IMG/VR virus record: IMGVR_UViG_2706795104_000001
Coordinates: 1 to 64,000 of that record
Direction: 5' to 3' (one strand)
DNA: 64,000 bases
Origin: an uncultured virus (IMG/VR IMGVR_UViG_2706795104_000001)
Lineage: Duplodnaviria; Heunggongvirae; Uroviricota; Caudoviricetes; Herelleviridae
Notes under the pieces: model-generated
Seen by the model: only the letters and a program-made list of their open reading frames with translations
What the model was told of the DNA's origin: nothing
The model's database searches: none
Program-made: the position numbers and the translations under genes
Shown: positions 53,448 through 64,000 of the stretch, piece after piece
Position numbering within the stretch: position 1 is the first letter of the stretch
Layout of the letters: every line of letters begins with the position of its first letter

Positions 53448-55682
53448 TTGACAACGATTGTTAAACGCTATCCCACATTCGAGATAGAGTTAATCACACA
53501 AGACACACCTTATATCTTGAAGTACGATACGCAGAAACAAATTTCACAGAAGACATTTGAAGAAGCTATTATCTCTTTCAGTATCAAGAATGCTATGGCA
53601 GATGATAGTCCTGCATTCTCTCTAGTACTATCCTCTAAAGAGAAGTGGGATAAGATTGTAAACGCAAATGATTTAATTCGAATTAAGGTTTTCCCTGACG
53701 TTACAAAAGAAGTACCTGATAATCCGTATATCATGGTTGGTATGATTTCCGACATCAAGAAAGAAGGGGAGTACGGAAACGGGACACTACTATATCGTAT
53801 AACTGGGCAAGCCATGACGAAAGCACTAATCAACTTTAACGTAGGGGTTATCCAAGAAGTAGCAACAATTATCCCTACCATTGGTTGGCTACCTGATGAT
53901 GCGGCCAACGGATTAAAGTTCTCTTCTAACAATGCGGCAGGTATCGGTAACGAACTAATGGAACGTTTCATTTACAAGTACGCACAATACAAGTGGGCTA
54001 ATGGTGCAGGACTGAAAGATTACTTAATTCATAGTTTCTCTAGTTGGAAGGAAGATGAGACTCTAGCCGATCCGTCTCCATTCATTAACTACCAAGGTAG
54101 TTTACGTCAGTTCTTAACGGATGTAACGGCAAAGCCATTTAACGAACTATTCTTCGAATACACAAAGAATGGACAATGTGTAGGACTAATGAGACCTACT
54201 CCTTTCGACCCTGATAAGTGGAACCAATTACCTCTATACCGTTTCACAAGTGATATCGTTGTTCAAGAATCATTCGGTAAGAACGATAACGAAATGTTCT
54301 CTGTATTCGTAGTACAGGCACCAAACATTAACGAGTTCAACAGTATGGACTTAGGGGTGTTCCCGAAATACCACCCTGAACTAGTTAAACGATATGGATA
54401 TAAGCGTCTAGACGCTCAGAACCGTTATCTGCTAACGCCAGGTATCGCAGGTACCCAACAACCAGGAACAAACGCAGGAACGGGCACAGGGGCTACTACA
54501 CCGTCAGGAAACGGTACTGGTACTACTAACCCTACACCAGCGATCCGTACGGAACCTGCAACTGCACAACCTAACTATGAGGAAGTAATTACATTCATTA
54601 CACAGAATAAATTACAAGACCCTGAGATGCTTAGATTGAAAAAGAATGAAGTATATGCTCAGTTAGTAGGGGAATATCCTACTATGCAACCAAGTCTAGT
54701 AAACGGTATTATCGACTCACTGAAAGATGGTAAGTTCAGTAGAGAAATCTACACACAACTTGTAAACTCCGCAGGTGGTGGAAATAACTCTGAAGCGGCC
54801 AAGGAGAAAGGTGTAGCGAACGAGAAGTTAAATAAGTACACACAGAGACTATTTAACTGGTACTGTGAGAATGCTAACTTCTATGCAGGAGATATTCGTG
54901 TATTAGGGAACCCTGCATACCGTGTAGGATCGCGAGTAATGTACGATGACTTTGAACAAGAGACTGTATGGGAGTTCTATCTAGAGTCTGTACAGCATGA
55001 GTTCTCATTCAATGGTGGGTATACTACTATATTAGGAGTAACAAGAGGTTTACCTGACCAAGGTGCAAAACGATTCAAGAACCTATGGGGTAAATCAGAA
55101 GACTTCAAAGGTGGATACCTAGGTGAGAAATCGTTAGAGCAGTTAATTGAAGCAGGTAAAGCTGCTAACCCACCAGGAGGTACAGGAACAGGAGGAACTG
55201 GCTCAGGTGGATGGGGCGGTGGCTCAGGAAGTGGAGTTGCAATGCAAGCTCTAGCTACTGCACGAGAAATGACTTCTAAACCGTCTGTATACGTATTCGG
55301 TGGCGGTCGTTCAGGTAACAACCCATTCCTAAACTCCCCAATCAAAATCGACTGTTCATCATTCGTATGGTGGTGCTATAACGTACACGGTGTCCAACTT
55401 AACGGAGGGGCAACAGGTATGACTACAGATACGATTGCGAAAGACCCTAGGTTACAGGTAGTTAGCGCCCGTGGTTCCGATAAGAGCCAAGCTATGAGTA
55501 AGATACAGACTGGTGACATTATCTACTTCGACACGTACAAGAGTGATGGACACATTGGAATCTACTCAGGTAACGGTAAGTTTATCGGTTCACAGAGTAC
55601 CCCAGGTATCCATGAAGAAGATTTAAGCACAAGTTATTGGCAAAAAGTTTTTAATGGTCACGTACGTAGGTTTACAGGATAA
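53448..55682 (+). CDS. baseplate hub / tail lysin with NlpC/P60 peptidase
   Basis: YVFGG, DCSSFV, GDIIYF, HIGIY.GNGKFI. Confidence 0.88.
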   Translation: MTTIVKRYPTFEIELITQDTPYILKYDTQKQISQKTFEEAIISFSIKNAMADDSPAFSLVLSSKEKWDKIVNANDLIRIKVFPDVTKEVPDNPYIMVGMISDIKKEGEYGNGTLLYRITGQAMTKALINFNVGVIQEVATIIPTIGWLPDDAANGLKFSSNNAAGIGNELMERFIYKYAQYKWANGAGLKDYLIHSFSSWKEDETLADPSPFINYQGSLRQFLTDVTAKPFNELFFEYTKNGQCVGLMRPTPFDPDKWNQLPLYRFTSDIVVQESFGKNDNEMFSVFVVQAPNINEFNSMDLGVFPKYHPELVKRYGYKRLDAQNRYLLTPGIAGTQQPGTNAGTGTGATTPSGNGTGTTNPTPAIRTEPATAQPNYEEVITFITQNKLQDPEMLRLKKNEVYAQLVGEYPTMQPSLVNGIIDSLKDGKFSREIYTQLVNSAGGGNNSEAAKEKGVANEKLNKYTQRLFNWYCENANFYAGDIRVLGNPAYRVGSRVMYDDFEQETVWEFYLESVQHEFSFNGGYTTILGVTRGLPDQGAKRFKNLWGKSEDFKGGYLGEKSLEQLIEAGKAANPPGGTGTGGTGSGGWGGGSGSGVAMQALATAREMTSKPSVYVFGGGRSGNNPFLNSPIKIDCSSFVWWCYNVHGVQLNGGATGMTTDTIAKDPRLQVVSARGSDKSQAMSKIQTGDIIYFDTYKSDGHIGIYSGNGKFIGSQSTPGIHEEDLSTSYWQKVFNGHVRRFTG

Positions 55683-55722
55683 AAAATGTTATAATATAAA
55701 GGAAAGGTGGTAGAACTATATC

Positions 55723-57759
55723 GTGGAAGATTTTGACTACACACCACTGTCCTCTATGAGGTTTCAGGCTCAACTAGGATCAGAAGTTAAACGTATGTAC
55801 AAAGAGGGAGAGAATGTTATTAAACTCTCCCTTGCTAGGGTTACAAAGGTTAACTACAAGTACAATACAGTAGAAGTTATGACAACATTACATAAAAATT
55901 CAACATCGAAGAACCCGAGTGATAACGGTAAATACTCTGCTAGATTGCCTGTAATGTTTGGTGGACGTACACCTGAAGGAAAAGTATATGGTTCGAATAC
56001 AATTGTTACAGTCGGATCGTTAGTTTTAATTGGATTCCTAGAAGGTAATAAAGACCACCCTATTGTTTTAAACATCTATGGGGATGCAGATAATCAGTCG
56101 ATGTTAACACGTACAACGATGACAGGTGGAGACGAATCAGACGAAGCAGTCCAACGTGAACTATGGCAGTTATTTACTTTATACCCTTCTATGACATATC
56201 AGAATATTGATGGTCGAGGGAATAAGGAAGTAACGTTCTCAGGTAAATCCTTTATGTATATTACAGACTCAGACCCTGGGAACGAGTACGTACAGGACGG
56301 AGCTTTCGATTACGCAGACTTACCTAGTTCTCGTTATGCAAATGGTGAACTAATCGAACCAACGTCTCCTAACTCTCCTACCGTATTATACGTCCACCAA
56401 GGGATTTATGACAACCATAGAGTTACATTCTTCCTTAAATCGGACGGAACTCTTCGTGTAGGTAGTAGACATAGAAATGGTAAAGGTATTACATACCAAG
56501 AAATGAAAACAGACGGATCGTTCTCTATCGTGCAGAAGCATGATACAACAGACCCTGAAGAGATTTCTAAAAAGTTCTCTAAGTTTGAAATTTCTGAAAA
56601 TGGTGATGTTACAATCCAATCTCTAGACCACAAATTAACCATCACAAAAGATGGTGTACTGATTGACGGTAAGCCAATCGGTTCAGGTGGTGGAGGAGGA
56701 GACCTTGAGATTATCAAGGACTTACAAGAAAAGGTAGAGGGCGTAACAACACAGATAACAATGGTAAACGGTAAGCTAGATTTCAAGATTGATAAGATTG
56801 AAATTGAGATAGACTTAGACACACTTCGACAGGAGCAACAGAAGGTACTAGATAGTATCCGAGAGAAGCTAGATGGACTTTCTAGTGCGTTAAAAGCTAT
56901 GAAGGACTATACGATCCCTGCATTCGAGGATGGAACCGTTACAACAGACGAAAAGAACAAAGTTAATAGTCTTCTAGCTACAGTAAAAAACGAGAAAGCA
57001 AAAGTGGACGAAAAGTATAGCCAAGTTATCTCCGATCCGTTCCTACCAGCTACATATAAAGACTTACTAGGTATAGCCAAAGGTAATTTAGATAGCAGAC
57101 ACCAAGCTCTAATAAACACAATAGAGATTGTCATGCTAGATGGGGTTATCACACCTGATGAGCGTATAGCAGTTAACCAAGCATTCGATGGGTATAACCA
57201 GTCTATCGAAGCAATAGATGTAGCTTTTAAACAAGCAATGGACGCTATTCTAGAAGCTCGTATTAGGGAAGCACAAGAGAATGCAATGAAGTACCGAGAT
57301 ACGGAGATGCGTAAAATCGGTTCACAGATTACGCAACTAGCAGACTCTATTACGGCTAAGGTAAGCTCGGAACAATTGTCGAAAGAAATAGAAGACGTTC
57401 GTTCTGAAATGGCTACAAAGGAAGAACAGAAGGAAATTAAGGACACATTAGAACAAGCACAAAAAGATATTGACGAAGCCGTAACAAACCTTCCGTATCG
57501 AGTAGAGTTAGGAAGTACCAATGGACTTATCTTTAAAAACAATAACATTGATACTGTCATCTATGCAAAGGTATATAAAGGTAAAGACGAGATTACGTCA
57601 CAGATTCCAAAAGAGCAATTTATTTGGAAACGTGTCTCTGATGATGCAGACGGAGACCTTGCTTGGGATGTAGCCCACAAGAACATCGGTAGCTCATTCA
57701 AAGCTACAAAGGAAGATGTCCCTATGAGGGCAACGTTCTCATGTGACTTGGACATTTAA
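55723..57759 (+). CDS. baseplate spike / central tail protein
   Basis: gp5-like OB N-terminus (LARVTKVNY...GSLVLIGFLEG...PIVL) followed by coiled coil. Confidence 0.7.
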   Translation: MEDFDYTPLSSMRFQAQLGSEVKRMYKEGENVIKLSLARVTKVNYKYNTVEVMTTLHKNSTSKNPSDNGKYSARLPVMFGGRTPEGKVYGSNTIVTVGSLVLIGFLEGNKDHPIVLNIYGDADNQSMLTRTTMTGGDESDEAVQRELWQLFTLYPSMTYQNIDGRGNKEVTFSGKSFMYITDSDPGNEYVQDGAFDYADLPSSRYANGELIEPTSPNSPTVLYVHQGIYDNHRVTFFLKSDGTLRVGSRHRNGKGITYQEMKTDGSFSIVQKHDTTDPEEISKKFSKFEISENGDVTIQSLDHKLTITKDGVLIDGKPIGSGGGGGDLEIIKDLQEKVEGVTTQITMVNGKLDFKIDKIEIEIDLDTLRQEQQKVLDSIREKLDGLSSALKAMKDYTIPAFEDGTVTTDEKNKVNSLLATVKNEKAKVDEKYSQVISDPFLPATYKDLLGIAKGNLDSRHQALINTIEIVMLDGVITPDERIAVNQAFDGYNQSIEAIDVAFKQAMDAILEARIREAQENAMKYRDTEMRKIGSQITQLADSITAKVSSEQLSKEIEDVRSEMATKEEQKEIKDTLEQAQKDIDEAVTNLPYRVELGSTNGLIFKNNNIDTVIYAKVYKGKDEITSQIPKEQFIWKRVSDDADGDLAWDVAHKNIGSSFKATKEDVPMRATFSCDLDI

Positions 57760-57779
57760 ACAGGAGAGGGAGAGATTAA

Positions 57780-59183
57780 ATGGTAGTTAGAGCAACAGGT
57801 CAGATAACACTTAGTGACTTAAACGATGCTAAACAGTTAGTCCTATATTTAAACAGTAATTACAAAACACAAATTTACGATCCAAACGGAACAACATATA
57901 ATCCGAACTTTACATCTTCAAACCTAGTTATCACTCCCGAGCTATACGTAGCAGGTGGTAACGGTGGTAACATGCTACCATCGGCAGCAATTAAGTCATT
58001 GTTTTGGTATGAGGGTTCACAGACAGTAACACCTTTAGCGGAAACAGGCGCAGGTACAACTCCTAGTGGTCTATCTTATACAATCCCAACAGGTGCGGTA
58101 GCTACAACTGCTAAACCATTAACAATAAAATCTAACTTAACTGCAACAACTTCACAGATGTTTACCTGTGTGATTACGTATCTAGACTCTGATTTACAGA
58201 TGGAAACAACGATTAAAGCAAACGTAGACATTGTTAAAATCGTTAACGGTGCGGCAGGTACGAACGGTACAGATGCTTACTACCTAAACCTTTGGGCACC
58301 AGGTGGAGACGCTATCCGTAACAGTAACGGCAACTTAACGTTAAAGGCTGATATGTACAAAGGTGCAGGTTCAGTTACACCTACTGCGTTCCAGTGGTAT
58401 ATCCAAGACCCTACGGCTACAGTCGGTGGGGGCGGAGATGCGGATGGTGGAGCAGGTTGGAGACGTATTAACAACGTTGCAGACCCAACTGCGGCCCCAA
58501 CTCTAGCACTATCCGCTAATGCAAGTTCACAGTTGACACCAGCTACATACTATGTTAAGTACACATGGTGTGGTCTATCAGGGGAGACAATCGGATCGGC
58601 ACAAGCACAGTTAGCAGTAACCACAGGTAACGAACTGAAAGTTACAATCCCTGCTTTTGCAACAAACGTTACAATGGCTAAGGTTTACGTTGGTACTGCA
58701 TCGGGTGTTCTATTCTACGCAGGAGATATTACAACAAGTGCAGGTAACTTAATCGTTAAACGATTCGATAACTCAGCTGAACCGATTCCAACGGCTTCTA
58801 GTACAAGCATGAACGTAGCACAAATTACGATCCGTAACTGGGCTATTCCAGGAGTTAAAGGATTTAAGTGTGTAACTTCCGTATCAGGTACAAGTACGAA
58901 GTTTACGGCAGTTATCGTTGTACGAGACTTCCAAGACCCGTTAGTAGTTAATATCATCGGTACGAACGTATTCAAGAACGGGCAAGGTTCTATCACATTG
59001 AATGCTCAATTGATTCAGGCAGGTCTAGTAATCTCTAATACAGGTTACACATTCGGATGGTCATTGTACAAGCCCGATGGTGCCTTAATCAAGACGTACC
59101 CGACTGTAACTACTGACCAAATTACAGTACCGAGTACAGATGTAGATGCTACTGCTAACTTGGTAGTGGACGCATCTAAGTAG
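57780..59183 (+). CDS. tail/baseplate structural protein (Ig-like beta-rich)
   Basis: ATGQITLSDLND start; Thr/Gly-rich. Confidence 0.75.
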   Translation: MVVRATGQITLSDLNDAKQLVLYLNSNYKTQIYDPNGTTYNPNFTSSNLVITPELYVAGGNGGNMLPSAAIKSLFWYEGSQTVTPLAETGAGTTPSGLSYTIPTGAVATTAKPLTIKSNLTATTSQMFTCVITYLDSDLQMETTIKANVDIVKIVNGAAGTNGTDAYYLNLWAPGGDAIRNSNGNLTLKADMYKGAGSVTPTAFQWYIQDPTATVGGGGDADGGAGWRRINNVADPTAAPTLALSANASSQLTPATYYVKYTWCGLSGETIGSAQAQLAVTTGNELKVTIPAFATNVTMAKVYVGTASGVLFYAGDITTSAGNLIVKRFDNSAEPIPTASSTSMNVAQITIRNWAIPGVKGFKCVTSVSGTSTKFTAVIVVRDFQDPLVVNIIGTNVFKNGQGSITLNAQLIQAGLVISNTGYTFGWSLYKPDGALIKTYPTVTTDQITVPSTDVDATANLVVDASK

Positions 59184-59223
59184 TTAAGCTCGTATTATAT
59201 TATAATAGAGATAGGTAAGACAA

Positions 59224-59255
59224 GAGGAACTTAGCGATAAGTTCCTTTTATTTTT
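59224..59255 (+). terminator. intrinsic terminator
   Basis: GAGGAACTTA-GCGA-TAAGTTCCTT plus T-tract. Confidence 0.75.
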
Positions 59256-59271
59256 AGAGGGATGTGATTAA

Positions 59272-62200
59272 ATGGCAAAATATAAAGCGACTGGTCAGAC
59301 AACATTGTTTAACGTGAATGATGCTATCGCAGATACAAAGCCACCTGTTAATCCTAAAGAGGGTGCGTTGTGGTATAACACGACTGATAATAAATTTTAC
59401 ATATATACAAATGGTGAATGGAAGTTTGCTGCTGAAGGTATGAATTTTAATGCGAGAAACTTACTTGTAGGCTCTAAAGATTATACAGGCGCAGGTTGGG
59501 TACTACAAGCAGCGTATAAAATAAATGAATCTTACAGAGGAACAACAGTTGTCGAAACAATTAGCGACTGGGGTAGTGCGGATTATAAAGTTGCGGAACT
59601 GATAGACCGTAAAGTAGTCAGTGTAGGTGAAGAGGTTACATTATCTTGTTACGCTCGTCTAGTAGGTACAACTGAGACTAGAGATGTTAAGTTCTTCTTT
59701 GACGGATCATCAAAAAGTGGTACTACAGTTGGTAAAGCAGATGCAAACTGGAAGATGTTCTACATCACGATAAAGATTGAACAGTCTGTTATTGATAACA
59801 ACAAAGGCATGAGATTCGAAGTAGATACTATTAACGGTAAAAACATCAAGTTCCAAACAGCAGGGTTTACTTTGATTCGAGGTAATGTCCCTATTGATTG
59901 GGTTCCAGCTCCCGAAGACACGCAAGAACAAATTGACAAAAATAACAACGATATCATCAATATTACTAATTCATTAGACGCACTAGGTAACGATGGTAAA
60001 CTAACTCGTTTCGAACGTAGTTTAGTTAGAGGATACCTTGCAGATATTACAGGTAAATATTTAAACCCAACTGATACACTACCGTCACTAGCTAACATTG
60101 ATGCAGATACTTATAATGCAGGTAAATTATATGCGATCCGTAGAACTGCACGTAAGATTGGGTTGAACTTGACTACGAGTGCGAACTACAAACCGATGGG
60201 GGATGCGTATACTGCCTTAGTAGCATACCTAAATACGTATAGTCCTAAGCCTTGGGATACATCGGCTACTGCGATTAACAACATCCCTGATAGAAGCCGT
60301 ATGGAACGCTAAGTGGAACGACTATTACAATCGTTATGCTCTATTCGAAATCGAGGTGCAGGATCGTCAAAAAGAGTATACAGAGCAAAAAGTCGGAGAA
60401 ATGAAGGAAGAAACGATTGCGGCCATTAGTACGGCAGGTAACTACGATAGAGCTACATTCGCTAATCCAATGAATGTTAAGCCACCTATCGCCACACTTG
60501 GTCTTCCTGAGTTCGAAGGTTCCCACTCAGATAGTTGGGATTGGAACGGACGTAACTATATACTAAAATCGGATGTAGCCTACTCTTGGGATGGAAAGTT
60601 AGCTGATAACGGTTTTTATACTAAGCAACTCAGCCCACTATCAGTAGCTGCTTTTGATAAACAGAAGGTTACAATGTCTCTATCATACAAATTAACTAAC
60701 GTTGTATATGGTACTACAAACCCTTGGGTGGGTATGCAGATAACTGTAGAGTACACGGACGGTACAAGAGGGTACCCTACTTGTGTTGGAGGTAAAGCAG
60801 ATGGTTCGCCTACAACTAGCGGTTTCGTAACTAGAGCAGGTACATACCAGTTCAATGCGTCTAAGACAATCAAAACTTTAAGTATTATGTTAGGTGGTAG
60901 GGACTTAACAGGTAAAGTAGAAATTCAGAATTACAAAGTTGAAGTAGGAGACAAAACTGCGGATAAAGTAGTATGGACACCTGCTATCGAAGATGTGTGG
61001 GCAGGTACAGGAAACCGTATTCGTCCTGTAACAAACCCTACATTTAGTAGTGGTACCGACCTAACTATTTGGGGCAAGTTCTACGGAGACGGGACAAACA
61101 ACGATAAGTTCTATTGGGAAACAAACGGTTCTGCTATTAAAGAGAAAAGATGGATGGATGTTTCTCTTAACGATAAGCAGAGTTGGGCGTTCTCTACAAA
61201 TGGTCTATCAACTAACGGAGTAAACAGAGTCCTAAATTCTAGTTGTAATAATATGCAACCATACATGTTCGACAACTCAAGTACAGGTGGCACAATAGGT
61301 CGAGCTACATCAAAGTTTGTCAGTGACTACCTTGAACTGACATCTACAGATGCGAGTGACAGTTTCTATCAGATTGGTTCTTACGAAATGAACTTGCATA
61401 TGTTCTCTACAGGAGAGACAGTTACATTCTCCGCAGAAGTAAACTGTGAGGTTGCAGGAGCATACGTATCTGTTTGGCACCATGACGGATCGAACTGGAT
61501 TGAAAATAGGGGTGACGCTAACTCTGTAGGAGCAGCCAACACATGGAAACGTCTTTACAAGACATTTACGATTCCGAGCAATGCGAAAGGACTATTCGGT
61601 CGTGTGTACTTCCCTAGAGGAACAGCAGCAACAGGGAAGAAACTTAACATGCGAAAAGTACAACTCGAGTCAGGAAGCGTTATGACCGATTGGGTTAATA
61701 CGAGCCTAGTAAAAGTTACACGAGTGAGAGCTGATGGTTTTGCTTACGCTAACGCAAACAGTAACTCATTAACAGTTGTTAAAGCAGACGGAACACTAAT
61801 ACCAAAGGACGGACAGCTACATGTGAACACGTATTCAACTAGTAGCAATCTTGATAAAATTTGGTTCTCTATTGACAACAACGATAGTGGTTGGGCTGAA
61901 GCGTATAACCCTAGTAAGGAAGACATTAACGCCTACTTCTTAGGTTGGAGAGTATGTAATGGTACTTTTGGAGGGTTGTACCCAGGGTCAGGAATTAAGC
62001 AGTGGTATCCAATAGGTGATAAAGATTTATCTCGTGCTACTGTAGCAGGTAACACGGCACCAACAGAACCCTCACCTTCGATTAGTGATAAATCTATAAA
62101 TCACTATCAAGTTGTCTATCAGCTTGTAGACCCAATTCAAGAGATAGTTGAATTTGATGGTATACTAGAATTACTAGGGGAAAAGGACAACGTTGTAACA

Positions 62201-63353
62201 ACTTACTACCCTACTTGGTCATCTACGATTTCTAAAGGTTCAATCAAGTATGGTACCAACTTAGCTACAGTCAACCAAGACACACGTTACATCATCCCAT
62301 CTATGGTAAAACGTATCGCTAATGCAGAACAGAAGATTACGGATGACTCTATCACAAACACAGTCTTCAGTTCTAGAGAATACACACTTGCTCTAAAGAG
62401 TAAGGCAAATGCTAGTGACCTTGGTAACTTAGCTTCTAAAGATGAGTTAAACAACGTGTCAGGTGCCGTAGACGGTAAGATTAAAGATGCGATGGACAAG
62501 TTAGACTTCTCTCCATACGCAACGAAATCTGAGTTAAAACAGACCGCTACAGACATCACTGCTAAGTTCTCTGCTACAGGTGGTATGAACTTAATTAAGA
62601 ACTCTATCGGTTACAGTGACAGAGATTTTTGGAGCTTAACTACTGCTTATGCAGTAGAGACCATTGCAAACTCTGCTTTAGATAATCTAGGGTTCGGTAA
62701 AGGGTTCTACTTTAAAGCCAACGGACAAGAGACAGGAATCTATCAAGATGTATCTGTTATTCCTGGGCAACCTTACACATTAGGTTGGTACTTGAATAAG
62801 ATGACAAAGGGTGCAGATTCTAGCTATCGTTTTTGGATTCAGGCTCAGGAATATAACGGCACAGCTTGGGTTGTACCTCCTGGGAACCAAATAGCAGATA
62901 ATAGTAATCAGACAACAAACGGGTTCGAAGCTCGTTATATGACATTCACTCCTACAAAGGATAAAGTAAGAATACGTTTCATCGGATACGCTAACGTAGA
63001 AGCTATTGTATCAGGAATCATGTTAAACATCGGTGACGTCGGCTCTACAATGGACTCTAGCTACAGGAGAGCTTTACAACACGAACATCCGAATGAACAT
63101 AAATGGTATCCGTGTATCGCAGTTAGATGGTAACGGTAGTGAAGTTGGTTACACTCAAATTACACCGTCAGAGTTCGCAGGATATTACCAAAATAACGGA
63201 ACATTCGAAAAAGTATTCTACTTAAACGGAGATGAAACGGTAACGAAAAAGCTTCGAGCAACAAACGAAATTACGTTAGGGAACATTAAAATCCTGTCCA
63301 TTCAGAGTAAAGACTCTACAGGATGGGCGTTCGTATCGAATAAAGTACAATAA
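59272..63353 (+). CDS. tail fibre / receptor-binding protein with carbohydrate-binding-like domains, split into three ORFs by two apparent 1-nt insertions
   Basis: ORFs 59272-60312, 60356-63133 and 63033-63353 join if one base is removed at ~60294 and one at ~63040; recurring RN(L/Y)(L/I)...W.P.PED modules. Confidence 0.75.
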
Positions 63354-63370
63354 CGATTGGAGGAAACAAC

Positions 63371-64000
63371 ATGGCAAGTGGTTCATTTGGAGTTTCTACC
63401 AGTAATAGGTATGTTTCGGGTACTGTGAATTGGCGCAGTACCCCGAACACTGGTGGTAACTATAGTGATGTGTACGTAGAGATGCGCTTCTCTCGTACAA
63501 ATACAGGATATACAACATACGGTACAGGTACCTTCGGATTATATGTAGATGGACAACAAGCAGTAAATACAACAGGTTTCTCCTTTACATATAACTCTAA
63601 TACACTGGTAGTTAGCGGTAACTTCAGAGTCAATCATAATTCTGATGGTTCTAAAAACTTACGTATTGGTGCAAGTGGTTACACAGATGTATTCTCTATT
63701 AACGATGCAGTCGCATATGTAGACTTGGATCGTATCCCACGAGCAAGTACAGTATCGTCTAACATTAGTTGGACTGCTGCTATCGAACCTCTACCTATCT
63801 CGATTAACCGTGCTTCTACTGCGTTTGACCACATTGTAACAGTAGAGGTGCAGAAACCTGATAATAGTATGGCCGCAATTGCTTGGCGAAGTGGAGTTGG
63901 AGATAATGTAACATTCTACTTCAGTAAGGATGAGACAACCATCCTCTATCAAGCAATTGGTGGATACGAGAATAGACCTGTAAAGATTAAGGTGCAGACA
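63371..64000 (+). CDS. minor tail protein (DUF859-like N-terminus), 3'-truncated by window edge
   Basis: GGAGG RBS; MASGSFGVST...NYSDV...VNHNSDGSK...LDRIPRAS; open to the end. Confidence 0.75.
   Translation, partial: MASGSFGVSTSNRYVSGTVNWRSTPNTGGNYSDVYVEMRFSRTNTGYTTYGTGTFGLYVDGQQAVNTTGFSFTYNSNTLVVSGNFRVNHNSDGSKNLRIGASGYTDVFSINDAVAYVDLDRIPRASTVSSNISWTAAIEPLPISINRASTAFDHIVTVEVQKPDNSMAAIAWRSGVGDNVTFYFSKDETTILYQAIGGYENRPVKIKVQT

Noticed and set aside
49760-62559. Many antisense ORFs in the tail genes (e.g. 51539-52294, 56907-57560)
   Set aside because: Antisense shadows of codon-biased structural genes

Overview
A 64-kb segment of a large lytic Bacillus (cereus-group-type) myovirus of the SPO1-like Herelleviridae (Bastille/BCP78-like gene order; inferred from gene content). 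Layout: (1) 1-9,000, + strand, small early and host-takeover-type genes in repeated sigmaA promoter-RBS cassettes, bracketed by two non-coding blocks that may mark a long terminal repeat. (2) 9,450-28,200, - strand: YhbH-like vWA protein, RtcB, Tad2-like protein, DHFR, dNMP kinase, ThyA, an L33-like Zn-ribbon, PcfJ, PhoH, a GH25 endolysin and the terminase. (3) An XRE regulator, an AT-rich iteron-like block, and a cluster of 18 tRNAs interleaved with non-tRNA structured RNAs. The cluster ends in a DIP1984/DUF6847-like gene followed by a ~350-nt structured non-coding RNA. (4) 35,100-64,000: portal, protease, capsid, neck, sheath, tube, chaperones, tape measure, tail lysin, baseplate and fibre genes. 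The best candidate for an undescribed system is the DIP1984-like protein plus its repeat-bearing ncRNA, together with the anticodon-less mini-tRNA, the altered tRNAs and RtcB. Also notable: a Rok-like silencer gene under an early promoter; candidate host WalR, CodY and Spo0A boxes; a thrice-repeated 22-bp palindrome; and GGCC occurring only inside GGCCGC/GCGGCC. All family assignments come from motifs recognised by eye, not from database searches.
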